The notes below the pieces were generated by a model, which was given only the letters and a program-made list of their open reading frames with translations, was not told the DNA's origin and did no database searches. The position numbers and the translations under genes were made by a program. A DNA stretch of 59,413 bases, filler included, from Platydemus manokwari (Eukaryota), in assembly GCA_037951405.1 (NCBI GenBank). It is 5 parts of 5 records of this genome, joined end to end, with 100 filler letters (N's around TTAATTAATTAA, not from the genome) between each part and the next. Parts side by side here need not be neighbours in the genome. Positions count along the whole stretch, not along the records: positions 26,468 to 38,625 come from JBBMOY010281115.1; positions 38,726 to 47,885 come from JBBMOY011290206.1; 3 more parts are not named here. One strand, given 5' to 3'. Shown one piece after another: positions 28,880-42,160 of this stretch. Numbering within the stretch: the first letter of the stretch is position 1; each line of letters begins with the position of its first letter.

Positions 28880-31800
28880 CTTGTTTGAAATTCTTAGAGA
28901 GTTACTTGATTAACTAGTAGATAGAGTTACTATCAAATATGGTTGTTGATTGCTAGCTGGTTGAGTGCTCTTAACAAAGATGGTGGCTTAAGGTTTCGGT
29001 TGTTGGTATGAGCTTTGTAAGTGATGTAGGCATCCTTTAGAAGTGTGCTGATTAAATGACCGGCAATGAAAGTGATTTTCGGTTTAGTAAGTCCGATGTT
29101 GGCTAAGACTTTGTTGTTTATTGGTTCCAAGAACCGAGAACTCCTATACAAAGAACATCTAGAGAGGTTTAAAATCGGGTCTTTGTTTTGATTTCACTGG
29201 CAATCTGACGGTATTTTTCGTAGTTGAGCAGCCTGTGTTTTTCAAAGTTTTTCATAATGTCGAATGGTATTTTGAGATCGACAGTGTAAGTATGCCTCTT
29301 CGCTTTATTTCTTATTATAAGGCCTGGTCGTAATTTTGTGTTGGTTTCTGGAAGGCTCTTGTCGATATACGTATCATATCACCAGTTATCTAAGTGGTCC
29401 AAGATGATTGAATGTCTCTTTGATGCTAAACCAGGGATCGCTGGCAGTGCATAAATATATGAGCATCCGTTTCTTGATATTCTACAGAGCGTGGATTTTT
29501 CTTTCTTGATGAAGTACGGCGTGTAGTGTAACAGAAGCAAGTTGTTTCGCGTTTGTTGAGTAAAAATCCATACCTCCGGAGATAGACGTAAGTTCTGCAT
29601 CGATATCTAGGAGAGGTCGCTGGTGATGAAGCAGTGAGCAAGTCGGCCCTGCTTTTTCATGGTGGTCCATTTGTTGAAGGCATGCATAGAGACCACATCA
29701 TGAAGTATATTGGAGAGTTTACCACGGTTATCAAAGTTGAAATGTTTTGTTATTGTCCACTGTGAGTTTGAGCAAGATTTCCATATGGTGATTGTAAAAT
29801 TCAGCGTCTATCTGTATTTTGCGAAGTTTTCGGGCTGTGAATCGTGTTTTTGTCCACCATATAGCCAAAGTTGTTTTCATATCCGTTGGAAGCTTATCAG
29901 AAATCCAGAGAAGAGCGGTTACGAGATTGGCTGGGTCTGTCATTCTGTGGTTGACAATGTCTATGATGTGGTTTATCATGAAGGTCCTGAACTCGTAGTC
30001 TGGGTTGGTAAGGTATCTAAGAGCTCCCACGATACTTTGAATGCAATAATCCATTAGTGAAGTCGTCATACCTAGGCCACCCAATTTTGTTGGAGCATAC
30101 ATGAATTGATTGTTGCTCAAGTTGGAACCATCTATCTTTAGTATTTTTCGAGAGATTTACCTGATTTTCTTGTCAAAGCTTTGGATTCGCTTGTTGTTTT
30201 CAGTTGTGACTAAAGCCCTAGAGTCGAGTTTTGTGGTCTCGACTAGTTGGATGCGGAAATGGTAGGGCAATCTTGGATGTAAGAAAATAGTATAAGCTCT
30301 GAATTTCTGCGACTGGTATAGTCGTGAGTCTGCTATTGCTTGATAGTTAGTATTGATGGAGTCCAGTATGATGTCGATTGGTGTTCATTTTGGGAGTCTA
30401 AAGGGGACACCTAGATTACTGTACAGGTTTTCGTTGTCTGCGATTGGAACTGACTTCTCGTCAATGATAAGTTCTATTCTATTTCTGATGTTCTTGCTGC
30501 AGTAGCCACATTTGGAAGTAATGATGATGAGTTGAATATCATTCGTTCCGTGGATGATGTGGTTCAATCTGTGTTCGATATTTTCGCCGGAGTTGGCCAG
30601 GATAACAATGTCGTCTGCGTAAGCAAGTGTTGAGAAGTCGCAGTCGTGGATTGATCGCGGTACCGGTATGTTGGTTGATGTTCTTAGCAAAAAATCAATT
30701 GACAAGCGAAAGAGTGTCATTGACAAGGGCCACCCTTGTTTAACACCGCGATGAATATGAATAGGCGGAGTTTTGATTTATCCTCACGTGTCAGTAGTTT
30801 TGGAGTCCTCATGAAAGGCTTTGATCATTTCAATATAGTAGCTGTTACATCCCATATTTGTCAAGGTAAACCAGATGACCTCATGGGGGAGACTTGTGAA
30901 GGCTTCTTTGAGGTCAATGCAGCAGAAATGCAGGTCTGTGTTATGTTGGGTCACGAATTCTTGGAGCGAAAATAGGTACGCGTTGTGTTCTGCGCATCCA
31001 TCAAAGGCAAACATCGTTTTCTGGTTGCGTGAGAGAAGGTTACCAGCATCTATCCATTTGAGGAGCCTGAGGTTGAGATTTGTAGCGAAGATTCTGTAAG
31101 ATGAGTCGGTTAGAGCAATCGGTCACCACGAGTTGATAATGTGGGACATTGCTTGCTTGCCAGGTTTCAGTAGCAAGTTTGTGTTACACTCTTTCCATTG
31201 GTCTGAGAATGCGGTTAAATAAGGACTGAATTTGCCTCCAGTCTTTATAAGTTAATCCGTCGTTTCCTGGTGCGGACTTGGAGAGTTTGTCAAACGTGTT
31301 TTGGATTTCTTCAAGCGTAATTTCTTTAAGATTGGAGTTGTCTTCGAACCTTGGTAGAGTTTGATTGAATGTCTCTAGGAGCGTAGCTGGTATCGGTTTA
31401 GTGTAGTGTTAGATGATGTCGTTCAGTGTCGGAGTTGCAGTTGGATTTGAAGAAAGTAGTATGCTTCTTATTGTTTTATTTGGTTTGGTGAGGAATTGTG
31501 ATCTGATTTTGAAGTCCGAAGATGATGCGTTTATGAAGTGAATTACAGACGGCTTGACCATCTTTTTTGGTGCAAATCTGGTTGGATCTTTAGTTTGCAT
31601 TGTTGTCCTTGCTGTAGTTAACATTTGAGTCGGATTAGCGGCGTTTGATTCGTTCGGCTTGATTGCCTCAATCATCATGGGACTCATTTGTAGCGCAATG
31701 TCTTAGCCTGTCTGTACAGTTAGTCTTCGGAAAAGTAAAATCTCAGAGATAATCCTGTTTATGTCGGTTCTGAGATGCGGTAGTACTGGAGTGTGAAAAA

Positions 31801-34004
31801 CTGGTGAGTTGTTGGCGTAATCTATCACATGCTGTATGACAAAAAGTCCGCAATTGAAGGAGTTGAGTTGGAGAGGTAAGTTTTGTAATATAGATTGTCT
31901 GAGAGTCATGGTTTCTTCAATCGCTTGGAGGTTTCGGAGTAGGTTGTCGAGTTTGTTCCGTAGGCATATTTGTTCCGCAGATAAGTGTTTTGTAGCCGGG
32001 TCTATAAAGTAGGAACAGTGTTTCAAACCTTCGGCGATATATAAGTTCCAGTGGATGTTGTTCCAGTGGATTAGCCAGTAAGCGTTTCTCCATGTAGAGA
32101 GTTTTTGGAACGGGAACGATTCAGAATGGCGATGGCTGGTTGTGGCTTGATAAAGATGTTGGTTGACTTGTTGGATAGTTATGCCTCGATTGCTGGACTT
32201 GAAAGTCATTGGGAAATTTGATTTTCACTCGTAAGTGGCAGAGTTTCAATATCGGTGGTGTCGTTCTCATTCTGTGGAGAGTGGTGGTCGATGTGATATT
32301 TGAAGCCGGTGGCTGGACCAATGTATCCACAGTAACATTGTACGGCAAATTCTGATTGGAGAACGGTGTTGTGTGTCTGATTAAAATGTTTCGGAAATAT
32401 GGTTGCGTTCGTGAATGTGAAACGATACCTTTTCGGAGACATAATGCACTTGGCATTTTTATCATCAATCAGGGTCATGCAGTCTGGTGTATGACTTGCT
32501 CCTTCCTACAAATTTTGATAAGTATTGAGTGAGTTTTATTTGTCCTTGGTGATTGTCTGTTTGAGGGCTGGTTGTACTTGTTTGGTTTTCTGTTGTATAT
32601 GTTTCTTCTTGTGAGTCAGGCACCATGTAAGAAGATATCATTGATTCTTCCGTGGTCTGTGTAAAGATGATATCATCTATGTCGTGGTTTATTTGGAGTA
32701 AATCGAAAATTTCAGATTGATTCTCTTGGTGATGTTGAGATATTCTGCTTGCCTTGAGTTCAGTTAAAATTTAGGTGATTCGATTTCTTCTGTTGTAACG
32801 ATGATGATGTGTTGATCATTTTGGTTATTTGCATTTTCATGATTATTGCCCCTTGGATGCGGTTTGGTCTGTAGAAAGAATTGGTTGAATTTATTCCATG
32901 ACGTCTGGATTATCAGTAGTCTTCCTTGTGCAATTTGGAGGCACGTGTTGCAAGAGCATGTAAGGAGTGCACAGACATGTAGTAGTAGGTGTGCCAGGTC
33001 TTCAATGGCTGGATGAAATTTGATTTCACAAGGTTTGTTTGATGTCTCAATTGAATTTGAATTGATGGTGATTGTTGGTAATTTGATAGTTGATTGGGTG
33101 ATACAAGTGGACATATTTTGGTAGTGATTAGTTTGGTACATTCAATGCACCCGCACTTGAGATATAGTAGAGCACTGAATGCGGTATTGAATTCAGTGTT
33201 CCTTGATGTACTCTTGATAGGGATGAAATAGGTTTCTTTAAATGGATAAGTGATTTTTTTAAAGTTTCCAAGTAATTTAAGCTTCCTTCTGTATTTGGAT
33301 GAACATTGTCTGCATTTGCAGAGCAGTTGGTCCACCATAGAATTTATTTTTTAATGATTGTGATATATTTTGTGCTTCTTAGTGCATTTTCCTTTTGTTG
33401 AAATCATTGTATCTAGGAAAAACTGATTTAAGCTTTCTCTTTTCAAATTGGAGCAATCATTACATTGGTAATATAAAGATCCAATGTAGTTTATGATTCT
33501 TGAGAACTGGCTTAAGTTTGTTTCTGTTTTTCTGTATTTGATTAGTTAACATGTGATGGTGACATTTAGATTTGCCAGGTCGAGTGGATTGTCTTGTGGT
33601 TTTGTGTGCTTTGGTAATTGGACATGGTTGAGCATATTTCAAAATTTTGGTCCTTGTTGAGCATGTTCGATTGGTTTAAATTCTTCGTTATTTGTAGTTT
33701 GTGTGGATTTGGTCAGTAAGATCTTTGTCTGGTACGGGTTTTCGTAAACGTGTTGTGGTTGTCTGTACGCCTTTGTAGACATCTTATCCCAAGTTTGTTG
33801 TACCTAGACGTCTTTGTTTACAATAAAATGTTTGGGCACATTTTCAAGGTTCTTTTGACATGACCACCTCGAGGGTACGTTATGAGGAAATCGATTATCT
33901 AATGCTCTAGTATTGGTGGTGTCGTGGTAGGTATTATTTTTGTCATAGCTAGATTTTTTGGTCCAGGAAATCGTTTGCTGGTACTGGTTGTTGAGGAGAG
34001 ACGC
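28880..34004 (-). mobile_element. Non-LTR retrotransposon, NeSL/R2 group (Cys motifs, Ulp1-like protease, RT, CCHC, restriction-like endonuclease), decayed
   Basis: RT motifs: DGCAEH, IDLKEAFTSLPH, GVKQG.PLS, LAYADD, LGVPF, LGGLG. C-terminus: CR...ETDAHIFMHC, RH, RP(G)LII, DLKIPF, KY, IGVLGSW. Upstream protease: HW...IDP...QLNSFNCG. Confidence 0.92.
31703..32209 (-). CDS. Ulp1/C48-like cysteine protease domain of the non-LTR element
   Basis: His (IHWNL), Asp (FIDP) and oxyanion Gln plus Cys (LQLNSFNCGLFV) occur in canonical order within an uninterrupted frame. Confidence 0.8.
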   Translation of the reverse strand: MTFKSSNRGITIQQVNQHLYQATTSHRHSESFPFQKLSTWRNAYWLIHWNNIHWNLYIAEGLKHCSYFIDPATKHLSAEQICLRNKLDNLLRNLQAIEETMTLRQSILQNLPLQLNSFNCGLFVIQHVIDYANNSPVFHTPVLPHLRTDINRIISEILLFRRLTVQTG

Positions 34005-36600
34005 ATTCCGTACTACATGTTCGATGCTTCGAGACATATTTGGTCAAAAGGTAATTTTTCTAATGTAATCAACCAATTTCTTATTACCAATATAGCACAA
34101 CTCCTCATGAAAGTATCTCATAAGTTTCTGTGAATAAACCTCTGGCACAACAATTAGCTTCTCTTCCTTCTCATTATACTCCACTATATCTTCAAACAAT
34201 TCATATTTCTCTAAACTGTTAAAATATTTGCTTTTCTGTTTTCCCAAACTATTTTGGAATAGAACCTACGACAGTATCTTCTTTTTGAATCTTTCTTAGT
34301 TCGTCATTATTTGCAATTAAATGCTGGACAACATTAATGAACTGACTTTTTGGCTTACCTTCTTTAGCACCTTAGTGCTGAGTTAAGCATTGTGAACAAA
34401 ATACTTTGCCTATCCTTGAGAATCCATCCGCATTTCCATGATCTGATCCTTTCCTATTTTTAGTAGCGGCTACTTCGCTTGTAATTGACGAAAGAACTCA
34501 TTATAACGATTTTATTAAAATTTTATTTAATTATAACACTAAAAACAATTTTTTAAACAAATTATAATTTCCGAAAGTTTCAATATCAATCTTAATCAGG
34601 TCTATATATAAAAATATTAAAATAATTTTAAATTATCTTATTTTTGCACTATTTTTAAAATTTATTATCTTATTTATTATTTTAAATAATTTTCTTCAAA
34701 ATCATCATTTAGAATAATGATTTTAAAATTACTTAAAAATTATTTTAAATTAATTTGAAATTTTAAAATTATTATCATTTAATTAAAATTAATGCCTACA
34801 CCTATATTGATGTTTGAAATTGAATACGGATAAGTTTGCAAACCATGTTTAAAACTGAGGGCTACTCAGTTTGTTAGTTTTCTTAATGTATGTCAAGGCT
34901 TTAAGGTTTCCAAAACTATTCTCACACTCTGTACTCCACTCCAATTTCTTGTCACTTCCAGTCATCATCGCATATAACGGAGCGGTAATTAATGCGTTAT
35001 CCTTGAAAAATCTAATGTAATAATTGCAATAATCCTAGGACCGATCTCAACTGAGTGATACAACCAAGCTTAATGGTTTCCTTAATATTCTTTACTTTGT
35101 TGTCTTTAGTTTCTTCTGCACTGACCGTATGACCCAGGAAATTCAATTTTCTAGTGCCAAAAGTGCATTTCTCGAGTTTTATTTTCAAATTTTGATGAGT
35201 TAATTAACCTGAATACCTGTTCCTTTAATGTTCTGATGTCTAAACATATCCTGATCGATCCATCTTTCTTAGAAACCACGACCAAATGAGAGTTCCAAGG
35301 GCTCTTGAAACGCGTTATGACATTACTTTCGAGAAGATTTTCTATCAATTCTTGAATTTTGGTTTCTAAGTTTATTGTCTGCCTTCTGGAGTTTTGAGCG
35401 GATCTCGTTCTTCACCAAATCTGTTAGTCTAAAATCGAACCGAGAAACCATAAAAATTGAGCCATTCTCTATTATACACCGATTCAATGAAATATCGTTC
35501 TTATCAGCAATACTCTGCAGTGCCATTTCGATTCTGTCTTGGTCGCTGTATTTCTTTCCCACATCTTTAGCATCAATTAATTTTATCCCTGCTAGGAATA
35601 TTCTACAAGTCTACATCATATCAACTCCTCCAATAAATCCTTGTGAAATTTCTTTAACTACAATAATATCCTTTATTAGAATTTTGTTGTTCCAAACTCT
35701 TTGGATCCTTATTTAATCTAGACACGATTGTGTGTTTTGGAGAATACACCAGCCAATCGAACATCCGAATTTTCAATCTGCAGCTCTCCAATGCGCTTCC
35801 AATTACTCTAGTTCATTACAGTTATTAATGCACCAGAATCCCATAACAATTCAATATGTGTAGCGTTGCACTCAATTTTACTCCACTGTCTACCATCCGC
35901 TTTTTGATACATCTGTGAATGCTTCCTCTTCCTCTTACAGTGTTTCTTCTTTACTTCTATTCTATCTCAAGCTGATATATGTCCTATTGACTAAATGCCA
36001 CTGACGAGATAGGCAAAGGAGGTTGAATCCAGTTTTTTTTGTTATCTATGGAGAGTGAGCTAACACAATCACTTACTTCACTTTCAGTTTGAATATCGGC
36101 TTCATCTTCTTCGTCATGTATGCACAATATTCTCCTCGGACTATTGTAACTAGATGTCTGGCTAAATTACATTCTCTAAATGAATGTCCTTCTTTACTGC
36201 ATATCAAACATTTATTCGCAGTGGACATTCATACTTCCTGTGTCCAAGCTCAGAACAGCAAAAACAAACTTCTGGTTTTAAATAATCACCATGTGGTGGG
36301 GGTTTCCTCTTCAATAGTTGTAGAATATAGAAGCAAAAGCTTTCATTGATCTTGTTGATCTTTCATGTTTTGGAGATTCAATGTGATTAACTGGTGTTCG
36401 ATTATATTCTTTTGCACCAAAATCTCCTTCCTGCACGATTGTACCTGGCTTTTTGAACGACATCTTCTTCTGAAAGGTCTTTCTTGGGTTCCTTTGAAAT
36501 ACCGATTGAGCATATGTCTTCTTGACGGTTTTTATGGGCAATGTCGGAGTTAACTTCTCAAAATTGACAGCCAGGTATTTTCTTCTATCATCGGACAATG
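34005..36600 (-). mobile_element. Ty3/gypsy retrotransposon copy 3 (gag, protease, partial RT, integrase N-terminus), decayed
   Basis: Collinear with copy 1. Protease IELLWDSGAL. RT N-terminus SPWNSHLVVVSKKDGSIRICLDIR and IEFLGH. RNase H end GSDHGNADGFSR. Confidence 0.9.
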
Positions 36601-38625
36601 CAGGGTCGACAGTAAATGACTCATTTGATTTTTTGCTATTTAGTCCTTGCAGACAATTTTTTATTATACGTCACGATTTCTTCGTTGCTGAATTCACTTT
36701 AGAAGTTCTTTTTAAATTTTAAACTCTTTATGCTTTATTAATGGTTTTTAATAAGCTTCATTTTGATTTTGTGTCAATTTCTTTCAATACCTGATGTGAC
36801 TGTTTTAACTGACGTTGGATTTTGCTCTTAATATAATCAAAAAAAGATGAGTTCCACAAAATAACTGCTTTAAACAAACTAATATGCCACGATAAACTCA
36901 TGGAATTGGTTGTTTGTTTTATTTTTGCATAAATCATACACAAGACTGTTTATTGCCTTGTCACAGAGAGGGTAACATAAATGCTACTGTTGATAATAAA
37001 ATAAAGAAGGCAAATTAATTAAACTTAAATAATTACAAAACAGATAACAAAAAAATATCAAAGAATATTTAAAATTAATTATAAGTTTATGACAAAATAA
37101 TATGAAATTTGTTGAAATTATAAGGTAAATGATCATGATTCTTGTCATTGATTTATCATTAGAAGTTTATATCAAATGTCTCGGATATTTATTCATTATC
37201 TATTTTATCATTTTAATAGGTAGAGATATTCTAATCAAAGAATAACTGAAAAACTTTAATACTGTAAATGAGATTTATTTTTCCGAAACACATATCAGGC
37301 TAGACATTTTAGAATTAAAGGAACCGGAATTGTTATCGGCAATCTATAAATGATAAATTTGAAAGAAAACACTGTAAAAGGTTTATTGTGGATTTTTAAA
37401 AGCAGAAATACATCTCCTGAGTAACAATGGAGGTTTGTAAACATCGAATTTGTATAATTTCATTGTATTAAATGGGATACAGCAACATGATTCTAGTTTC
37501 AACAAGAAACATTATGAATGTTTCATTTGGCATTGAGATTTCAAAATTGTTGGACAATCGAATCATTTACACAAATATTTGACGTAAACTTTTTTTTGTT
37601 CTGAAAAGGTTGAGGTACTTTTAAAATAATAAATAATTTTGATCACAGATTTGAATTCCATTTTCAATTTTCTATCAAAATATAACAACATATTAACGAT
37701 AAAACATTTTAAAATTTTTGAAAAAATGTGAAGCACTAGGGAATCAAAACTCACCAAATTTTATCCCACAACTTAGTCAAAGTTGCAAAAACTATCAGAA
37801 TACTTAAAGATAGGAAACAAAATTTTCATAATGTTACACATTAATCTAAATTTTTTATAATCAATAAATTTTCTAAATTCTCTAATTCTTTTATTGGGGT
37901 CAACGCCATTGATAGCTATTTTTAAAACATAAAAGGTAATATAGAATCTAAAGTTGAACTATCACCTATTTATTTAAAAATAATCACTATAGGTTTGAAT
38001 TCGGACGTATTATATGTGTAATCAGACGATGAATGAAACATTACAGCGTGGTTATGGCAGATTAAATCGCATTTTTGAATTATCAAAGATTTGAATTTAT
38101 CATACATAAGCAATTATTAGAGTTTATATTGATTTACACTTTTCATAATAATCAGTGATTTCTTTAGGAGCAACCAACATACCGAAATTCTTTTAATAAA
38201 ATCCTTTTGTTAAATGGGAACAGATTACGAGCATTAGGTTTATTCTAATATTAGGAAAACGACATGTAATTGAATTATTATATTATTTTCGGTAAATGAA
38301 ATATTTGCATGTCAAATTTAAATGTTCTCTGTGAGAGTTAAAATAACTTAAATTTTTGAATATTCGATTTTATATAAAATTATATTTATTTGTATGTATA
38401 ATTTGTATAATAATATTTAAATACATCATTTGGTGTCGTGACTTTAAAGATCGTTTTTAATGTATAGTTTTAAAAATTGTATCATGGCGACCATACATCA
38501 GGATTTGATTGAAAATTATGGAAAAGAAGGAGGAAGGTGTTGAGACCCTATAGAGAATTCTTATTTAATGTTTTTAATTAGATAATTTCTTATTTTACGA
38601 GAATGATCTTAAATAAATTGCATCA

Positions 38626-38725
38626 NNNNNNNNNNNNNNNNNNNNNNNNNNNNNNNNNNNNNNNNNNNNTTAATTAATTAANNNNNNNNNNNNNNNNNNN
38701 NNNNNNNNNNNNNNNNNNNNNNNNN
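38626..38725. other. Assembly gap spacer
   Basis: N-run with central TTAATTAATTAA. Confidence 0.97.
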
Positions 38726-39751
38726 GCAGATATGGTTAACTATAAATATTTATAATAATTTATTAAGAATAAATATTATTAAATTATAATATCAAAATAA
38801 TCACAATAGTAAATATAAATATCCATAACCTATAACAAATAATTATTAAACAAATCACCAGAGTTTTAGTATTATCTATAATGTTGTATACTATTCTAAT
38901 TCGGATAGAATAATTATTGGTGATGGTGCGAACATTTCTTGTGAAAATGTCTACATGTGCATTAATTTTTGCTTTACAAACTGAAGGTAGATAGAGCTTA
39001 CATGCTATCGTAGCTGTTTGGGCTCTAATTTTAATGAAATTACTTTTTATTTATTATAATTGGATTGAATCCAAATTAAAGATATTAGATGAATTCAAGT
39101 TAAAGATAATGAAATTTAGTTGGTCAATAAATCAGTCTAAAGAAATTGTTTAGAGGAAATATAAAATGTTATCTAATAATGTTCGCAACAAAAAGCAACT
39201 GGCACGTTTTCGAAATTTATTATTTTCTGCTTCTTTATTGTAATTCGATAACGTGTTTATGAACAATTCTATAACGAACAAAATAATGTACATAAAATGA
39301 TTCTTTTGTTAATTAGTTACGTTTATTTATATTTATTTGAATGTCTTTATTCCTTCTTTCTTCTTATTTAGTATTTATTAATGACTACTTCTTACATTGA
39401 TAATTGTTATTTTCTACTTTTGGATTTCAGCATTTATTTTATCTATTTCAATATTTTATTTAACCTATTTTTAGATTATAGGAATTTTTATGAGTAATGA
39501 AAAAAATTCTAATTCTTATTATTGATTCTAAGATGGGGCTTGGTACCCACCATTATTGGGATTATAAAATTTATCAAATTATAAACATTTTAGTGGCAGA
39601 AAGCGAAATATGAAAACAATCAAATTACATATTTATATTTGAACTAATCTAGTAATAAATTTATTATAATTATTAAAAATAATACTCCTCAAAATTACCA
39701 TACGAAAATTAAACTTAAATAATAAAATTAAAATTTTAAAATGAAAATTAC

Positions 39752-39949
39752 TTGTCAGATTTTTTAATACAATTATATGAAATCAGTTGTTTCTAAAACA
39801 GCATAACATATATAAATCTTGTGTTTATTGAATGCAATTCTAACGATAATATCTGTTCGTTGTTTCACTTGTTCATGTTCTGCCCGAAGGAGTTCAAGAA
39901 TTACATCGGTTCCGGGGCAATTAGACGAATTAAAATATTTTGACATCAT
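39752..39949 (-). CDS. Candidate exons of an unidentified gene
   Basis: Exon 39949-39845 (MMSKYFNSSNCPGTDVILELLRAEHEQVKQRTDII), a 52-nt GT-AG intron, then exon 39792-39752 (KQLISYNCIKKSD) ending at a gtaatt donor. The frame stays open across the junction. Confidence 0.4.
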
Positions 39950-41039
39950 TGTACTATATATTCCATAAAATAATATTTGATCTATAATTATCGATTGAAA
40001 TTTGTTTAATTAAAATATTCAAAAATAACAATCTTTTTTTCAAAATGAAATTAACATCTATTTAGAGGGGGTTGAACATAAAATGTATTTATATTTATAT
40101 TTCAACTTGCATTGTTTCATTGAGTATATCACAAATCAATCAAAGGGGTCATAAGATCCAAGGGAATACCCTAAACCAATCAAATCTATTCTAACGTTAA
40201 TTCATATTTAAAAGCTAATAATCGACAGTCACATACATTCAAATGACAGCAAGCTCAAATATCTTTCAATGGCACAAGAGATGTAAGGAAAATCTGAAGT
40301 AAATCGATCCACGAACAAATTTACTGAATTGAAAACGAATATCCGTGACAACAAGCAGACACCGGATAGGACTACAAAAGAGGTTGAGTTCCATGGATTC
40401 CGGCCAGCCTTTTTTCGTCGGTAACTAAAGTGCTTCGCTTATGAGTGATTCTAGCAATCAGTCTTTTTGATTACTCTCCATTCTGATTTTGACTTTCGGG
40501 CACTGATCTCATCTTGAATGATTTTCTTTGTGAATTGCGTAGAGATTTGTTGTTATTGAGACTTTGAGTGTAACATTTAGTTAATACACATTTTCAGATT
40601 TAAATTGTTATTTGATAACGCGATAGTCTCATCGAGTAATTTTACTGAGAAGATCATTTTTAAAAGTGTATTGTTAATGATGCTTAAGTTCATTCAAAAT
40701 TTCAATTGATGCTTTTATGTGGATCAAATAGCATTAAAATGGTCAAAATAATCGTGAAAGAAATAAATTTGAAAATTTTAGATTTCTAAAATTATAGTAA
40801 AATTTCTGTCATAATATTATTATTATTATATTTAATTTGAACAGAAAAACGTTTAGCCTTTAATTATTATATTAAATTTTATTTAATAAATAATTAAAAT
40901 AAATTTTAAATAATTGTTACATTATTATTTCATTGAGCTAAACCCATCAATTGACATTCAAATTTAAATTATCTCTTAATTTTTTATGGAGCAGTTTGAT
41001 TGTATTGAGCGTGTAACAAATACAGCTTAATACCTACGG

Positions 41040-42160
41040 AGTCTATTGAATAATCCTCAGAAGAATCGATACCCACTCACACAAATGTGCCATTATATCC
41101 AAAATATCAATCCGTAAATAGAATTCGATAATCAATTTAATGAGAGCAACAATAGGCAACAAACACCAAGATTGGCCAATGACATGAGATAACAGTAGAT
41201 ATCTAATATTTTGAACATCAAACTCGAGTTTGACAATATGAGTGATTCTTGACCGATTAGTTCTAACCAATCATCCTGATTTTGTTTAAATTTTGACCAC
41301 AATATATTAATCATGTATTTAGGATTATTTGATTTATCACCAGATGATTTGTTTATAACAGGTTTATAGACCAACGAGATATTTGAAAAGAAATCCACAG
41401 AAATTATAGACAAAAAATTACTGATTATTTCAAGACCAAATTTGATATAATGTATATTTGAGTAGGTTAAATGATGTTGGTTTTTCTTTATTATAAACAA
41501 ACAAGTCTTAACAAAGTATCTGGATTGCAAATTTACTTTTCTTTCTCATGGACCTATTAAAACGTTCTTTCCTTTTTGTTGATATGCATAGATTGGCCAA
41601 TAACTGTCCTGTCAGTGGTCGTTGATTTTCTTCTAGCAATTATATTATGGTATGTAATCAGTATTTTTGTATAGGCCTTGAACGATATTATTTCAAATTT
41701 TTCACTAAGTTTCTCCAAACGCAAAACAATATCAGAAATTAAAAATTTCAAAAAGACATTTTGTTGATTCAAAATTTAAACAAATTTTTTTCACGCGTGT
41801 TTTTGAATAATTTTTATGTCTAACTAAATACAGCTGAAACCCAAACATGAAGCAATTTGAGTATTCTTAAAAAACTATTGTTTGACGATTTTATTATTTT
41901 CTAGTTCGTTAGAAGGTTCGAAATTTTCTTTTGTGAAATTTCGAAATTTGATAACAATGAAAAGAATTCGTGATGTGTTGATCTACCAATGCAAAGACTT
42001 GCCTCAAAAGTTTGTTTCATTGCGTTGATCCGATTAAGAATACCGACATGATTAATAAATTATGTTAAAACTAGTGTAAACAATAGGCCGTCGTAATCAC
42101 AATAAATAGTTGGTACGACGTGTGATGATAAAAATTCTATTAAGTCTGTATATTATTCAT
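41040..42160 (-). mobile_element. Possible decayed DNA transposase (hAT-like)
   Basis: A chain of broken minus-strand ORFs. FLKFLISDIVLRLEKLSEKFE resembles the hAT helical region. No TIRs were identified. Confidence 0.25.

Noticed and set aside
32040-32075. IHWNNIHWN 15-nt duplication in the protease
   Set aside because: Fits the normal PIH...HW spacing of C48 proteases.
36750-38625. Short AT-rich ORFs (36758-36943, 37563-37757) and similar ones across the window
   Set aside because: Compositionally biased, with no motifs or splice support.
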